DNA of 64,000 nucleotides from a virus. Position 1 is the first letter of the stretch. Each line of letters starts with the position of its first letter. This document shows, in pieces, positions 9,507-18,336 of the stretch. The position numbers and the translations under genes are program-made. The stretch covers positions 1 to 64,000 of IMG/VR virus record IMGVR_UViG_3300046001_004063. One strand, 5' to 3'. The notes beneath the pieces are model-generated. The model did no database searches, was not told the DNA's origin, and saw only the letters and a program-made list of their open reading frames with translations.

Positions 9507-10139
9507 TTATTTGCCAGCAACTGCCAGTGCGGCACCTTTGTTAAAACTTGGTGACCAAGGGCTATTGCCCTGCTTCAGACCTTTGCGCTTGCTCCATTCG
9601 TATCCAGCACGATGCCCGCTACAGTCTTTGGTACACTGCGATCCTAAGAATGATAGTTCGTCTAAGTGATCTTTTAAAAATGTATCAGCAAACGCCTTGC
9701 ACAGTTCTTTGATACGTGGGTTGGTTGTGGTCTTGACATGAAACTTTTTGCGTGTTTCGTCCTGTGATGGATCTGCGTAGCCTGCATACACTTTGTGTAC
9801 ACCAGAACGATTGATCAAGTCTGTGCAACTTTCGCCATGGCGATCTGGCATGTCTTTTGTGCAAGGACTCAGCGTTGTGATTATGATGCTGCCTTCAGGA
9901 ATGCTGCCAAACTGTTCCATGTAAGCATCCATTGCCGCACGTTCTGCGTGTACACGTGACCCATCTTCGGCAGGATAGTTTATGGCACTTACACAAACAT
10001 CATTGGGATCCAACACTGCGGCAGCCACCATGCCTAGATCAGTATGGTCACGTTTGGCTCGAACGATTTCACTGCAGAGATCCACTAGAATGCGATCTAG
10101 TTTGTCTAGGTTCTTGATTCTGAAGTCACTTAACAGCAT
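9507..10139 (-). CDS. Zn-dependent nucleoside/nucleotide deaminase fused to a small Cys/His C-terminal module
   Basis: HAE ... TLSPC...C deaminase motifs; after LDE, a module with CTKDCSGHRAGYEW. Confidence 0.8.
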   Translation of the reverse strand: MLLSDFRIKNLDKLDRILVDLCSEIVRAKRDHTDLGMVAAAVLDPNDVCVSAINYPAEDGSRVHAERAAMDAYMEQFGSIPEGSIIITTLSPCTKDMPDRHGESCTDLINRSGVHKVYAGYADPSQDETRKKFHVKTTTNPRIKELCKAFADTFLKDHLDELSFLGSQCTKDCSGHRAGYEWSKRKGLKQGNSPWSPSFNKGAALAVAGK

Positions 10140-10216
10140 TATACCGGTGAGTAGGGATTGCGGAAACGATCGTATCCGTCATCTTCTGGATATACTGGAT
10201 ATTCGTTTGTGTTCAT
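10139..10216 (-). CDS. 25-aa micropeptide MNTNEYPVYPEDDGYDRFRNPYSPV (not in ORF track)
   Basis: Fills the gap exactly: ATGA overlap with the upstream stop and TAATG overlap with the downstream start. Confidence 0.6.
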   Translation of the reverse strand: MNTNEYPVYPEDDGYDRFRNPYSPV

Positions 10217-12309
10217 TTTTTAGGTTGCACCGCTACAGGAACGTTTCGGTACACACGTTTTTCGGGGTCGTACACAGTCTTTAATGGGCCTGCACCGGCC
10301 AACTGTTTAAGACGTGCCATGGCCGCGTCAAACTTGTCGGCATCCATGTCGCCAACTTTTTCTTGAGATTCATTAGCAGGTGCTCTGGTGTAAGTTCCGT
10401 TTGGGTTTAGTTCCACTTTGGTTGAGCCCATGCTTCTAGATCCAACAGCCATTGACGGCGCAGTGACAACTTCGCCTTGTCCGGTTGCTTGAGCATCTGA
10501 GTTCCATTTATATTGCTTGCCCTTGTACGTTAGTATCCGAGTATCAACATCGTACTGTGCCTGAGGTTTTGCAAGATTGATTGAAGACGTTGACTGAGTT
10601 GGTGCAGTATCAGTTGCCTGTTGAGTTGCAATCGGCTTGCCTGTTAAACGATTGATGCCAGGATCATCTCCAGGCATGACTCTAGCTTGTGCTCCGCCTG
10701 CGCCCAGTGCCATTGCACCTGCCAATGCCGCGCCACCTAATTTTTCTTTCCAGCCTTCCTCTAATTCAGGTTCTTGATTGGATTCAATGTAGTCAGCCGC
10801 TGTGTCAAGATAGTCAGCAGCCAGGGTAACTTTCATCTGCACCCACTCTGGCATGTTTTCGTTGTCATCCAACAGGCCGTCAAGTCTACGGGCCGCACGT
10901 ACAATGGTGTTCATTTGATCTCTAGCTTGGTCGCCTTCGTAATCGTATTCGCCAGAGTCAGCGTGGTCAACCGAGTATCCGTCGCTGTCTACATCGCCTT
11001 CTGCTAGGCCTTCGCCTAACGCATCTATCTCTGCTTGCATTGCAGCCGCAAGTTTAGGGTTCTTTGCCTTCATTGCATCAATCTTTGCCTGCATTGCTGT
11101 TTTCACTTGTGCAGGATCACCATTTGCTATTTTTACATTGCCGGGCGCAGTAGATGTTTGCGTAATGTTATTTGTAACGTTAGATGGATTTTGCCTTACG
11201 CCTTGTCGGACCAGTTCGGCATTCTGTGCATCTCGTTCAGCGGCAGCGGCTTGTGATTTTTGGCGGTTTGCTTGATACTCTACTTCACGGGCTGCCTCTT
11301 GTTTGTCCAACTCTTTTTGCCATTCAGGTGTAGGTTTACCGGTAACTCCGTCATACTTAGCACCCTTACCTGTTGCAGGATCATATGGTTTATCAAGCGT
11401 AGATGGTGCCTTCGTTGTAGGTTGCTGTTGTGCAGGTTGTGTTGCGGCTGGTTGTGCGGCAGTGGCCGCCGGCCGTTGTTGTGCAGTTTGTGCGGCGGCA
11501 GCTTGGTTAGCTTGTTTAGCTTGTTTAATCTGGTCAGGTTTCATGCCTGGAAATTTAGTTAGGTCTAAGGTACCACCTTTTGCCACTGCACCGGGTGCGG
11601 CTTTGGCAGCAACTTGCGGCTTGCCAGTGTTCGGATCATATCCTTGTGGAGCGGCTGCGATTCTTGCTTGTGTAGCCGCATCAGGGACTACTGGTGCCGG
11701 AGCGGCCGGAGTAGGTGCTGCCGCCGATTGTCCTGGCTTGGTAAACATACTTTTGGCTTTGTTGACCATGTTGCCTACAAAGCCTTCGTCCATGTCATCA
11801 TCTGCTACACCTTGTTGGTCAGCAGTTTTACGACGAGCAACATCGCTCAAGTGTGTGACCACGCCACGTGGATCTTTGGGCTGACCTTGCTTGTTTTTTT
11901 CGACTGGGTGCCATTCTGAGTCGTCTTTCCAACTCACAACTTTACCTTGTTTGTCCTTGACTTCTGTGTGGCCTTCTGCTACACCTTGTTGCTTATCGTT
12001 GGGGTTGGTAGTCAACATGAACTCTTTGTCTTTGTTGAACAGCTTGGCCTGCATTATACGTGCGGCTTTGTTTGCGGCTGCCTTATCTTGGAATGCATAA
12101 GGATTGCCTGATTTATCTTTGATCAGTTTGCCATTGAGGCGAATATACCAAGTATTTGATTGTTGATCAAGGCCGTGATTCTCATCATTGGCACCACCAT
12201 CTGCACGATATGCTTGTGAGTCTTTGCCAAAGCCGCTGGTGCTATTGGCAACGTCACGTTCGTATGCGTCACGTGGGTCTCTCATTTCATATAGGTCATT
12301 TAGGTTCAT
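10213..12309 (-). CDS. Multi-module putative internal virion polyprotein
   Basis: MNLNDLYE leader; modules separated by QQGVAEG, QQGVAD/MDEG, GLAEG, LEEG and ANES; low-complexity Ala/Pro/Gln linkers. Confidence 0.7.
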   Translation of the reverse strand: MNLNDLYEMRDPRDAYERDVANSTSGFGKDSQAYRADGGANDENHGLDQQSNTWYIRLNGKLIKDKSGNPYAFQDKAAANKAARIMQAKLFNKDKEFMLTTNPNDKQQGVAEGHTEVKDKQGKVVSWKDDSEWHPVEKNKQGQPKDPRGVVTHLSDVARRKTADQQGVADDDMDEGFVGNMVNKAKSMFTKPGQSAAAPTPAAPAPVVPDAATQARIAAAPQGYDPNTGKPQVAAKAAPGAVAKGGTLDLTKFPGMKPDQIKQAKQANQAAAAQTAQQRPAATAAQPAATQPAQQQPTTKAPSTLDKPYDPATGKGAKYDGVTGKPTPEWQKELDKQEAAREVEYQANRQKSQAAAAERDAQNAELVRQGVRQNPSNVTNNITQTSTAPGNVKIANGDPAQVKTAMQAKIDAMKAKNPKLAAAMQAEIDALGEGLAEGDVDSDGYSVDHADSGEYDYEGDQARDQMNTIVRAARRLDGLLDDNENMPEWVQMKVTLAADYLDTAADYIESNQEPELEEGWKEKLGGAALAGAMALGAGGAQARVMPGDDPGINRLTGKPIATQQATDTAPTQSTSSINLAKPQAQYDVDTRILTYKGKQYKWNSDAQATGQGEVVTAPSMAVGSRSMGSTKVELNPNGTYTRAPANESQEKVGDMDADKFDAAMARLKQLAGAGPLKTVYDPEKRVYRNVPVAVQPKK

Positions 12310-13007
12310 TATGCTTCCTCAATATAGTCGGCTGACAGATCTTGTTTACGCTGTCTAGCCATGTACATTTCCAATGCCATCTGTGCTTGGTCCAAGTTCT
12401 TAAAGCGGCTCTTCATTGCACGTCCACCATGACGAATTTCAAATCCCGCACGTTCGTCTCCGTATATTTCGCAAGCACGACCATCTTCTAATGCAACGGT
12501 TTTAACCGGTGCCGATTCAGCATAGGTTGGTTCTTGCACAGGTGTTGTGGGCATTTGTACAATGGGATTCTCGTCGGTGGGATCTTCTGCAACAGCAGTG
12601 ATTTGTTTGGCAATGATGCTGGCATCTTTCGCAGGCTTTTTACTGATGTCACGATCTACTTGAACCCGGTCTTTTAAGTCAGTGTCTTTCTTTTCGTCAG
12701 CAATACTGTCAAGGTAGTCAGCAAAGGACTTTTTAACCTTGTCTAACTTGTCTTCACTGGTCACTGCTTCTTCCAGTGCATCCTGTTCAGGTTCTTCACT
12801 TTCGTTAGAGCCAACCATGTAACCAGCACTGGGAGCTTTCTTATCAGGATCGCCACCCAGCACTGGACCTTGATCGGGCATTTTAAATAATGCAGGCATT
12901 TGTGGCACAGACTTTTGTTGTGCGTTCAATCCTTTAGTAACCGTATCTGGGGTGATAGTGCTTTCAATCAATGCAAGCCTCTGCATTATTGTGTAAATTT
13001 CATCCAT
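12309..13007 (-). CDS. Putative internal head protein
   Basis: Coupled ORF (TAATG); LIES/LEEA/VAED/YAES linkers; C-terminal DYIEEA. Confidence 0.6.
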   Translation of the reverse strand: MDEIYTIMQRLALIESTITPDTVTKGLNAQQKSVPQMPALFKMPDQGPVLGGDPDKKAPSAGYMVGSNESEEPEQDALEEAVTSEDKLDKVKKSFADYLDSIADEKKDTDLKDRVQVDRDISKKPAKDASIIAKQITAVAEDPTDENPIVQMPTTPVQEPTYAESAPVKTVALEDGRACEIYGDERAGFEIRHGGRAMKSRFKNLDQAQMALEMYMARQRKQDLSADYIEEA

Positions 13008-13008
13008 G

Positions 13009-13449
13009 TTATGCCCTCGCGTCCTTCAAATAACTTTTCAGTTGCCACTGATACTTGCCGTGTTGGCTTTGGCGTTCTGCGGCAAAGTTTGCAATGTCTT
13101 CACGACCTTCGGCAGCGGCAGCTTCAAAAACTTGCCGGCTCATGCCAATCATGATCTGTGTATCTGCGAGTAATTCTTCCAGCATCAAACGAGCACGTGG
13201 CACTTTGGTTTGATCCGGTATCTGTGTTAGTTCTAAGAAGCGGCTGAGACTGCCGGGAGCATATTCATCTGTGGTACGAATGTATTCAGCAATGGGATCT
13301 ACTGCTGAATATGAATCTTCGTAGATGTTGGAAAAGAATTCGTGTAGTTCACCAAAGTCAGGTCCTTCTACATTCCAATGAAAATAGTGTGCCTTCAAAT
13401 AGTACGAAAACGTACTGGCCAAATAGGTCTTTAGTAAATCACTTAACAT
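13009..13449 (-). CDS. dps: Dps-family DNA-protection ferritin-like protein
   Basis: HYFHWNVEGPDFGELHEFF ... D.IAEYIR ... W.LKS signature. Confidence 0.92.
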   Translation of the reverse strand: MLSDLLKTYLASTFSYYLKAHYFHWNVEGPDFGELHEFFSNIYEDSYSAVDPIAEYIRTTDEYAPGSLSRFLELTQIPDQTKVPRARLMLEELLADTQIMIGMSRQVFEAAAAEGREDIANFAAERQSQHGKYQWQLKSYLKDARA

Positions 13450-13639
13450 TTGTTTTCCTTGCTTTCTTTCTCATACTTTTCGGTGTGTTTGGAAAAGGGT
13501 CATTGGTATATTTACCAGAAAAGAAACTATCGGGATTTCTTGCAATCATGCCACCCACGGGCATGGCCACTGTGGCAACGCTACCACTACTGGTGGCACC
13601 AACGGACGCATTTTCTTTGATAAATTCCTGAGCTCTCAT
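13439..13639 (-). CDS. Small putative internal head protein
   Basis: MRAQEFIKE leader followed by NASVGATSSGSVA and a basic tail. Confidence 0.65.
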   Translation of the reverse strand: MRAQEFIKENASVGATSSGSVATVAMPVGGMIARNPDSFFSGKYTNDPFPNTPKSMRKKARKTNVK

Positions 13640-13917
13640 GTGAGTATCTTTAGTAGATTTCCTTTGATTTTTCCGGGACCGTAATCCACACGCATATTCA
13701 AAACACGTATGGTGGCACCGGGAGAATTGACAAGTTCGTAACTGATTACATATTCGCCCGGCTCTGCTTCGATCTGTATCATTTCTTCAAGATATTCATC
13801 CCGCCAACGCCAGGTTCTTTCAGCAAATAATTCGTCATCTACGTAAACGCGGTAAACAGGTGGAGTTTCAGTCCAACTGCAATCAACGTCACATAGCACA
13901 CGAATAAACTGTTTCAT
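13636..13917 (-). CDS. Hypothetical protein
   Basis: 93 aa; TAAATA 4 nt before ATG; overlaps the next gene by ATGA. Confidence 0.7.
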   Translation of the reverse strand: MKQFIRVLCDVDCSWTETPPVYRVYVDDELFAERTWRWRDEYLEEMIQIEAEPGEYVISYELVNSPGATIRVLNMRVDYGPGKIKGNLLKILT

Positions 13918-13921
13918 ATTG

Positions 13922-13995
13922 TATTTAGCGTGATTAACTGTATAGTTAAATTAGCAATTTAACAGTGGGTATAAATCAGTAGTTCTACTTAAATA
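13922..13995. promoter_or_regulatory. Divergent pair of TAAATA late-type promoters
   Basis: TAAATA on minus (13922-13927) and plus (13990-13995), each 4 nt before an ATG; palindrome TTAACT-gtat-AGTTAA between them. Confidence 0.65.
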
Positions 13996-13999
13996 CTCA

Positions 14000-14707
14000 A
14001 TGACTGAACTTATCTATACCCTAATAGTCACACACATTACTATAATCTGTGTTACATTGTATCTACATCGCGGGCAAGCACATCGCGCGGTTACATTTCA
14101 CCCTGCGGTGGCACATTTTATGCGCTTTTGGTTATGGGGAACTACCGGCATGGTGACCAAACAATGGGTTAGCACTCATCGTAAGCATCATCGTTTTACT
14201 GAGCAACCAGGCGACCCACATAGCCCACATGTCTACGGTATATGGACCGTATTTTTTAAAGGTGCATTTTTATATAATCAAGCAACTAAAGACAACACAA
14301 TGGTTCAAGCGTATGGAGCAGGCACCCCAGACGATTGGATTGAACGCAATGTTTATACACCACATAGTCGTCTTGGCATCGTGCTTATGCTTATTATTGA
14401 TCTATGTTTATTTGGATTATGGGGATGGTTAGTTTGGTTAGTTCAGATAGTTTGGATTCCATTATGGGCTGCTGGTGTTGTCAATGGAGTTGGGCACTGG
14501 TGGGGGTATCGTAATACTAACACCAAAGATTTTAGTCGTAATATAGTGCCTTGGGATTTTTGGGTGGGCGGCGAGCTTTTACACAACAACCACCATGCGG
14601 ACCCAGCAAGTCCTAAACTAAGTCGTAAGTGGTATGAGTTTGATATTGGATGGTTATATATTAAACTATTAAGCTATTGTGGATTGGCTACGATCCGAAC
14701 TACTTAA
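14000..14707 (+). CDS. Membrane fatty-acid (delta-9-type) desaturase
   Basis: His boxes HRGQAH, HRKHH and HNNHH; DPHSP; WYEFDIGW. Confidence 0.93.
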   Translation: MTELIYTLIVTHITIICVTLYLHRGQAHRAVTFHPAVAHFMRFWLWGTTGMVTKQWVSTHRKHHRFTEQPGDPHSPHVYGIWTVFFKGAFLYNQATKDNTMVQAYGAGTPDDWIERNVYTPHSRLGIVLMLIIDLCLFGLWGWLVWLVQIVWIPLWAAGVVNGVGHWWGYRNTNTKDFSRNIVPWDFWVGGELLHNNHHADPASPKLSRKWYEFDIGWLYIKLLSYCGLATIRTT

Positions 14708-15277
14708 TTTGCATTTATTATGGTGCCGTTGATAAAATACATTAATAGGCAAGTCTTTTTTACAGCACAGACAACTTATCCTTACAGCTTTTTTTCCAAA
14801 GTTTGGACACAAAGGTCCTTTTGTTCCAAACATAGGATTGTTTTTGCCTGCTTTCTTGGCCCGTTGAACTGTTAAGGTTTCCTCACTGTGGCGCTTTCCA
14901 AAAAATGGGTTAAGCTCACCTTTTAATTTAGCACTTACTTCTGTACGCTTTTTACCAAAGTTTGGATGATTTTTTCCAGAGCGACTTGCTTTTTCTTCAG
15001 TTGACATAATACGGCCACTTATACCGTCTCCACCATCTGTTTTATTTCTAAGTATTCCTGTGCCCGTATCTTTGCGACCATACCATCTTATTAATCGTCG
15101 TTCAATGGCCAGAGAGCCAACTTCAGTTAATCCAGATTCGACAATAATGATTTTAGAACGATCTTTTGGAGGATGTACTTCGCCCTTGCCTTTTATCCAC
15201 GCACGTTTGCCTTTTCCTTTTCCGATGTAGTACGGAGTGTTGTCTTTTCTTAGATAGGCATAAACATAGTATTCCAT
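14669..15277 (-). mobile_element. Free-standing GIY-YIG homing endonuclease with NUMOD3-like repeats
   Basis: YYVYAYLR...PYYIGKG, E..LI..YGR, LRNKTDGG; repeats HPNFGKK/NPFFGKRHSEET/NPMFG. Confidence 0.88.
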
Positions 15278-15331
15278 AATAATACTTATTATATTATAGA
15301 TAAACTTTATTATTCTGGCACGGTTGCGTGA

Positions 15332-15520
15332 CTAACGCAGTTCTTTGATTGAGCCCACGTGCCAATCTTCGATGCGGTACTGTGCTTTGATCATTTGTCT
15401 AGCCACATGTGTGTTGGGAGCCCATACCACTGCATCGACCCAGCCCACATATCCAGGGTTCTGAACACGCACCTTGGCAGTCCATTGTTTTGCACCTCGG
15501 ATGATTTCTTTGGCTCGCAT
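15332..15520 (-). CDS. Small hypothetical protein (start moved to MRAKEII)
   Basis: TGATG coupling to the upstream ORF; MRAKEI leader like its neighbours. Confidence 0.6.
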   Translation of the reverse strand: MRAKEIIRGAKQWTAKVRVQNPGYVGWVDAVVWAPNTHVARQMIKAQYRIEDWHVGSIKELR

Positions 15521-16473
15521 CAGCAGTTCCAACGTCTACGAGCTTTGCAAATGGCCTTGTCCGGAGTCTTGGCACATGAAATATTGTGCATCTTCATTTG
15601 TCCGCGACTGCGGCTACAATAGCTCTTTCTACGCTTGCTGGCCTTGCTACCACGCTTTAGTTTGCTGGGTTTGGTAGTCACAGCAGTCTTTAGCTTTGAT
15701 CCTGGATTCTCTCTGCGATAAGCATTCACAGCCTTTTGACTCATGCCCGCAGTGCGATCTCGTTTGTTGGCCTTTTGCCAGTCTTCGTTCAGTTGCGAAG
15801 TCACAGCAAACACATACAGTTCATCTTCGGTTAGTGATTCTAAGTCCGCCCATACTGCTTCGGCGTCTACACCATTTTGTTCAGCAATACGATCGATAAT
15901 AGATTCAATAAGATCAAACTCTTCTGTCAAGCCTTCATCGGCATTGGGTTTGTCACGGAGTGGGCCGCCTGTGACCCAGGCATCGCAGGTTCTACGGCTG
16001 GCACATTTGAATTTTAAGAACTTACAATAACCCAGCTCACCTGCATCAATAACGCCGGCTGCATCCGCAGGAGAGTCACTGTCGATGCCTTGAGCAATGC
16101 AGTCCAAGGTTTCTTCTCGTATGTCAAACGCCGCACAGTTGCCGCATAGGCTTTGTTTGGCTTCCTCTGCTGAGTCCAAGTTCCACTCATCAACTTTTTT
16201 CATCCAGAACTTGGTGTTGGGCATGTCTGGGTTCAGCGGCCCATAGCCATAGTCATTGATGGCTTTTTGTCTGTTCTTGAGATTGAGTGTAATGTCTTGT
16301 GTAGCAGGAGGGCACTTGTTGTCAGAGTCTTCTGCTATGCTTTCAGCAGGCACACAGTTGTTTACACGTACTCCGCCCTTCATTTTAGTTTTAGGGTTGC
16401 CAATCTTTTTGCCTGTCCAGCACTTGGGATCCAAGCGGACTTTTTCTTCTACAATGAATTCGTTAGCTCTCAT
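15520..16473 (-). CDS. Multi-module putative internal virion protein with Cys-rich modules
   Basis: MRANEFIVEE leader; modules LDPKCW...NNCVP, CPPATQD...CGNC...C...C...C, and a basic EDWQKAN...CKARRRWNC; linkers IAED/GLTEE/LNED. Confidence 0.7.
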   Translation of the reverse strand: MRANEFIVEEKVRLDPKCWTGKKIGNPKTKMKGGVRVNNCVPAESIAEDSDNKCPPATQDITLNLKNRQKAINDYGYGPLNPDMPNTKFWMKKVDEWNLDSAEEAKQSLCGNCAAFDIREETLDCIAQGIDSDSPADAAGVIDAGELGYCKFLKFKCASRRTCDAWVTGGPLRDKPNADEGLTEEFDLIESIIDRIAEQNGVDAEAVWADLESLTEDELYVFAVTSQLNEDWQKANKRDRTAGMSQKAVNAYRRENPGSKLKTAVTTKPSKLKRGSKASKRRKSYCSRSRGQMKMHNISCAKTPDKAICKARRRWNC

Positions 16474-18335
16474 TTTTTCTTACCTCGTCGCATATTTAGT
16501 TGCCACTGTGCCATCCTGCGACGCTCGCCTGTGCTGGATTGAGCAATCTTTTCCAGTTGGCCCAAGGTGGCTTTTTTAGGAATCCCTACTCTGCGACTCA
16601 GCCCTTTGCGTCCAGGATTTTTACCATCCGCAAAGTTTTCATCTATCTCTTGTTCCCATACATTTTGTTCAGGACGATGCTTGTCCCAAAATCCAGCACC
16701 TGCATCAGTTTGCTGACCACTGCGGCGTATTTTATAGCCTTTGCTTTTTACATAGTCATACATTGTAGCGGCAATACCCTGACCTTGATAGCGTTCTTCT
16801 ACTTCTAAATCTTGCGGCATTAAGTAATCGCCTTCTTGAACAAATAATACATGTCCAAGTTCGCGGCCGCCTGGCATCATGGCCGTTATTAAAATTTCGT
16901 CATCTTCTTTTTCCAAGGAGATTTCTATTCCATTATAATGTTCCATGCCTTCCGCCACACCTTGTTCTACGCTTTCACTTTTGTATGTGGCTCCAGTGCA
17001 GACCCAAGCAGGGCCTGTGTATCCTTGAGGGAATGCCTTCAAATGCTGAATAGTTCTATGCCAACCTTCAATCAAATCATAACCGTTTGCTAATTTAGCA
17101 ACAATAATTGGTTCCGCACTCACACCCTTTTGCTGAATCATTTGTGATTGCAGTGCGTGTCTTTCAGCATCTTTTGGAACTTGAAAAGGATTAGAACTAC
17201 CACCTTCACGACTTTGAATCATACGCTGAGTTTTTGGTGTAAAGATATCTAGTGTGATGGGAATCTTAGTCAGTGTCCATTTACAATTACCAAAGTCTTG
17301 TTGTATTTCATCTAAAAAATCTTCTAAATCTTTTTGATTTTTATTACCTTTTGCCTTGGCATATAAAAAATCTCGTTGCACATATTCAGGCCATTGTGTT
17401 CTTGGAAATTTAGACTGAACCCAGGTCCAGAGTTGGTCACGATACTCACTTAGTGAGCCTTCCGCCACCGGTTGTTTTATTCTACTTAATTCGTATATAA
17501 CTTTGTTGCCAGTGTCTGCACGAAAAGCTCTGAAACCCCATGCTCTAGCATAACGCTGTACTAAACTATCATATAGTCTAGCTCTACTTTGTGCGTTTTG
17601 TCCTTGTTCAACTTCTTTACTGGCAGTAAAGGTTATTCTATTAGGAGTATACTTTTTAATAAACGTTTGTATAGCACTTAACACAGTGGCAAACACACGT
17701 TGTTGATCGCCTTCACCTGTGACTTCTTGGCTGTTGTTTCTATAGAATTCAACACTCCATGCTTCCTCTTTTGAATCTTTACTAAATCCCTTGTTAAACA
17801 TAATACTTAGAAAAGTTCCGTCATCTAATCGTGCTATTGCATCCACATCACCAAAGTCACCCTTTTCCCATCGAAGTAGTTCATACGGTTTATCAAATGC
17901 TTCTGTCAGACCCTGTGCAATTGCTTCACGGGCCTGGCGTTCATTCTCTACTTTGAATTTTTGTAAGGCTTGATTATCATTAATTTGTCTACGGTCCAAT
18001 TGTTGCCAAATTGACAAGTCAAATTTGAGAAGTTTTCGTTCTACTGCTTGTGCAAAACTAAGTTCATTATTACCTCGGCCTTGCCAATTAGGTTTCATGC
18101 CCCACACAACTGATACAGAATTATCGTAATCGTTGGACAGTGTAATTCTCATACGTTCGCCATAAAATACGTATGTACGTCCTTGCCAAGTAAAGTAAAG
18201 ATCACCATTACTTGTTTGTCCCGTGCTCCAGCCATGCTTTTTTTGCAGAGCACTAACTGCGGCTTGATCTGCATTTTCCGCCACACCTTGCCGAGTCTGT
18301 GCAACAACTTCTGTTATAAATTCACTAGCTCTCAT
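16470..18335 (-). CDS. Polyvalent putative internal virion protein: unknown modules + ParB/Srx-like + GNAT acetyltransferase
   Basis: MRASEFITE leader; EPIIV...LIEGWHR (ParB-like); EVEERYQGQGIAATMYD...AGAGFW (GNAT); linkers QGVAE, QGLTE, QPVAEG, QGVAEG, EIDE. Confidence 0.75.
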   Translation of the reverse strand: MRASEFITEVVAQTRQGVAENADQAAVSALQKKHGWSTGQTSNGDLYFTWQGRTYVFYGERMRITLSNDYDNSVSVVWGMKPNWQGRGNNELSFAQAVERKLLKFDLSIWQQLDRRQINDNQALQKFKVENERQAREAIAQGLTEAFDKPYELLRWEKGDFGDVDAIARLDDGTFLSIMFNKGFSKDSKEEAWSVEFYRNNSQEVTGEGDQQRVFATVLSAIQTFIKKYTPNRITFTASKEVEQGQNAQSRARLYDSLVQRYARAWGFRAFRADTGNKVIYELSRIKQPVAEGSLSEYRDQLWTWVQSKFPRTQWPEYVQRDFLYAKAKGNKNQKDLEDFLDEIQQDFGNCKWTLTKIPITLDIFTPKTQRMIQSREGGSSNPFQVPKDAERHALQSQMIQQKGVSAEPIIVAKLANGYDLIEGWHRTIQHLKAFPQGYTGPAWVCTGATYKSESVEQGVAEGMEHYNGIEISLEKEDDEILITAMMPGGRELGHVLFVQEGDYLMPQDLEVEERYQGQGIAATMYDYVKSKGYKIRRSGQQTDAGAGFWDKHRPEQNVWEQEIDENFADGKNPGRKGLSRRVGIPKKATLGQLEKIAQSSTGERRRMAQWQLNMRRGKKK

Positions 18336-18336
18336 A

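Noticed and set aside
11801-18290. QGVAE DNA repeats as CRISPR repeats or IS ends
   Set aside because: Spacing is irregular (hundreds to thousands of bp), all copies are in frame in CDSs, and there is no transposase or inverted arrangement
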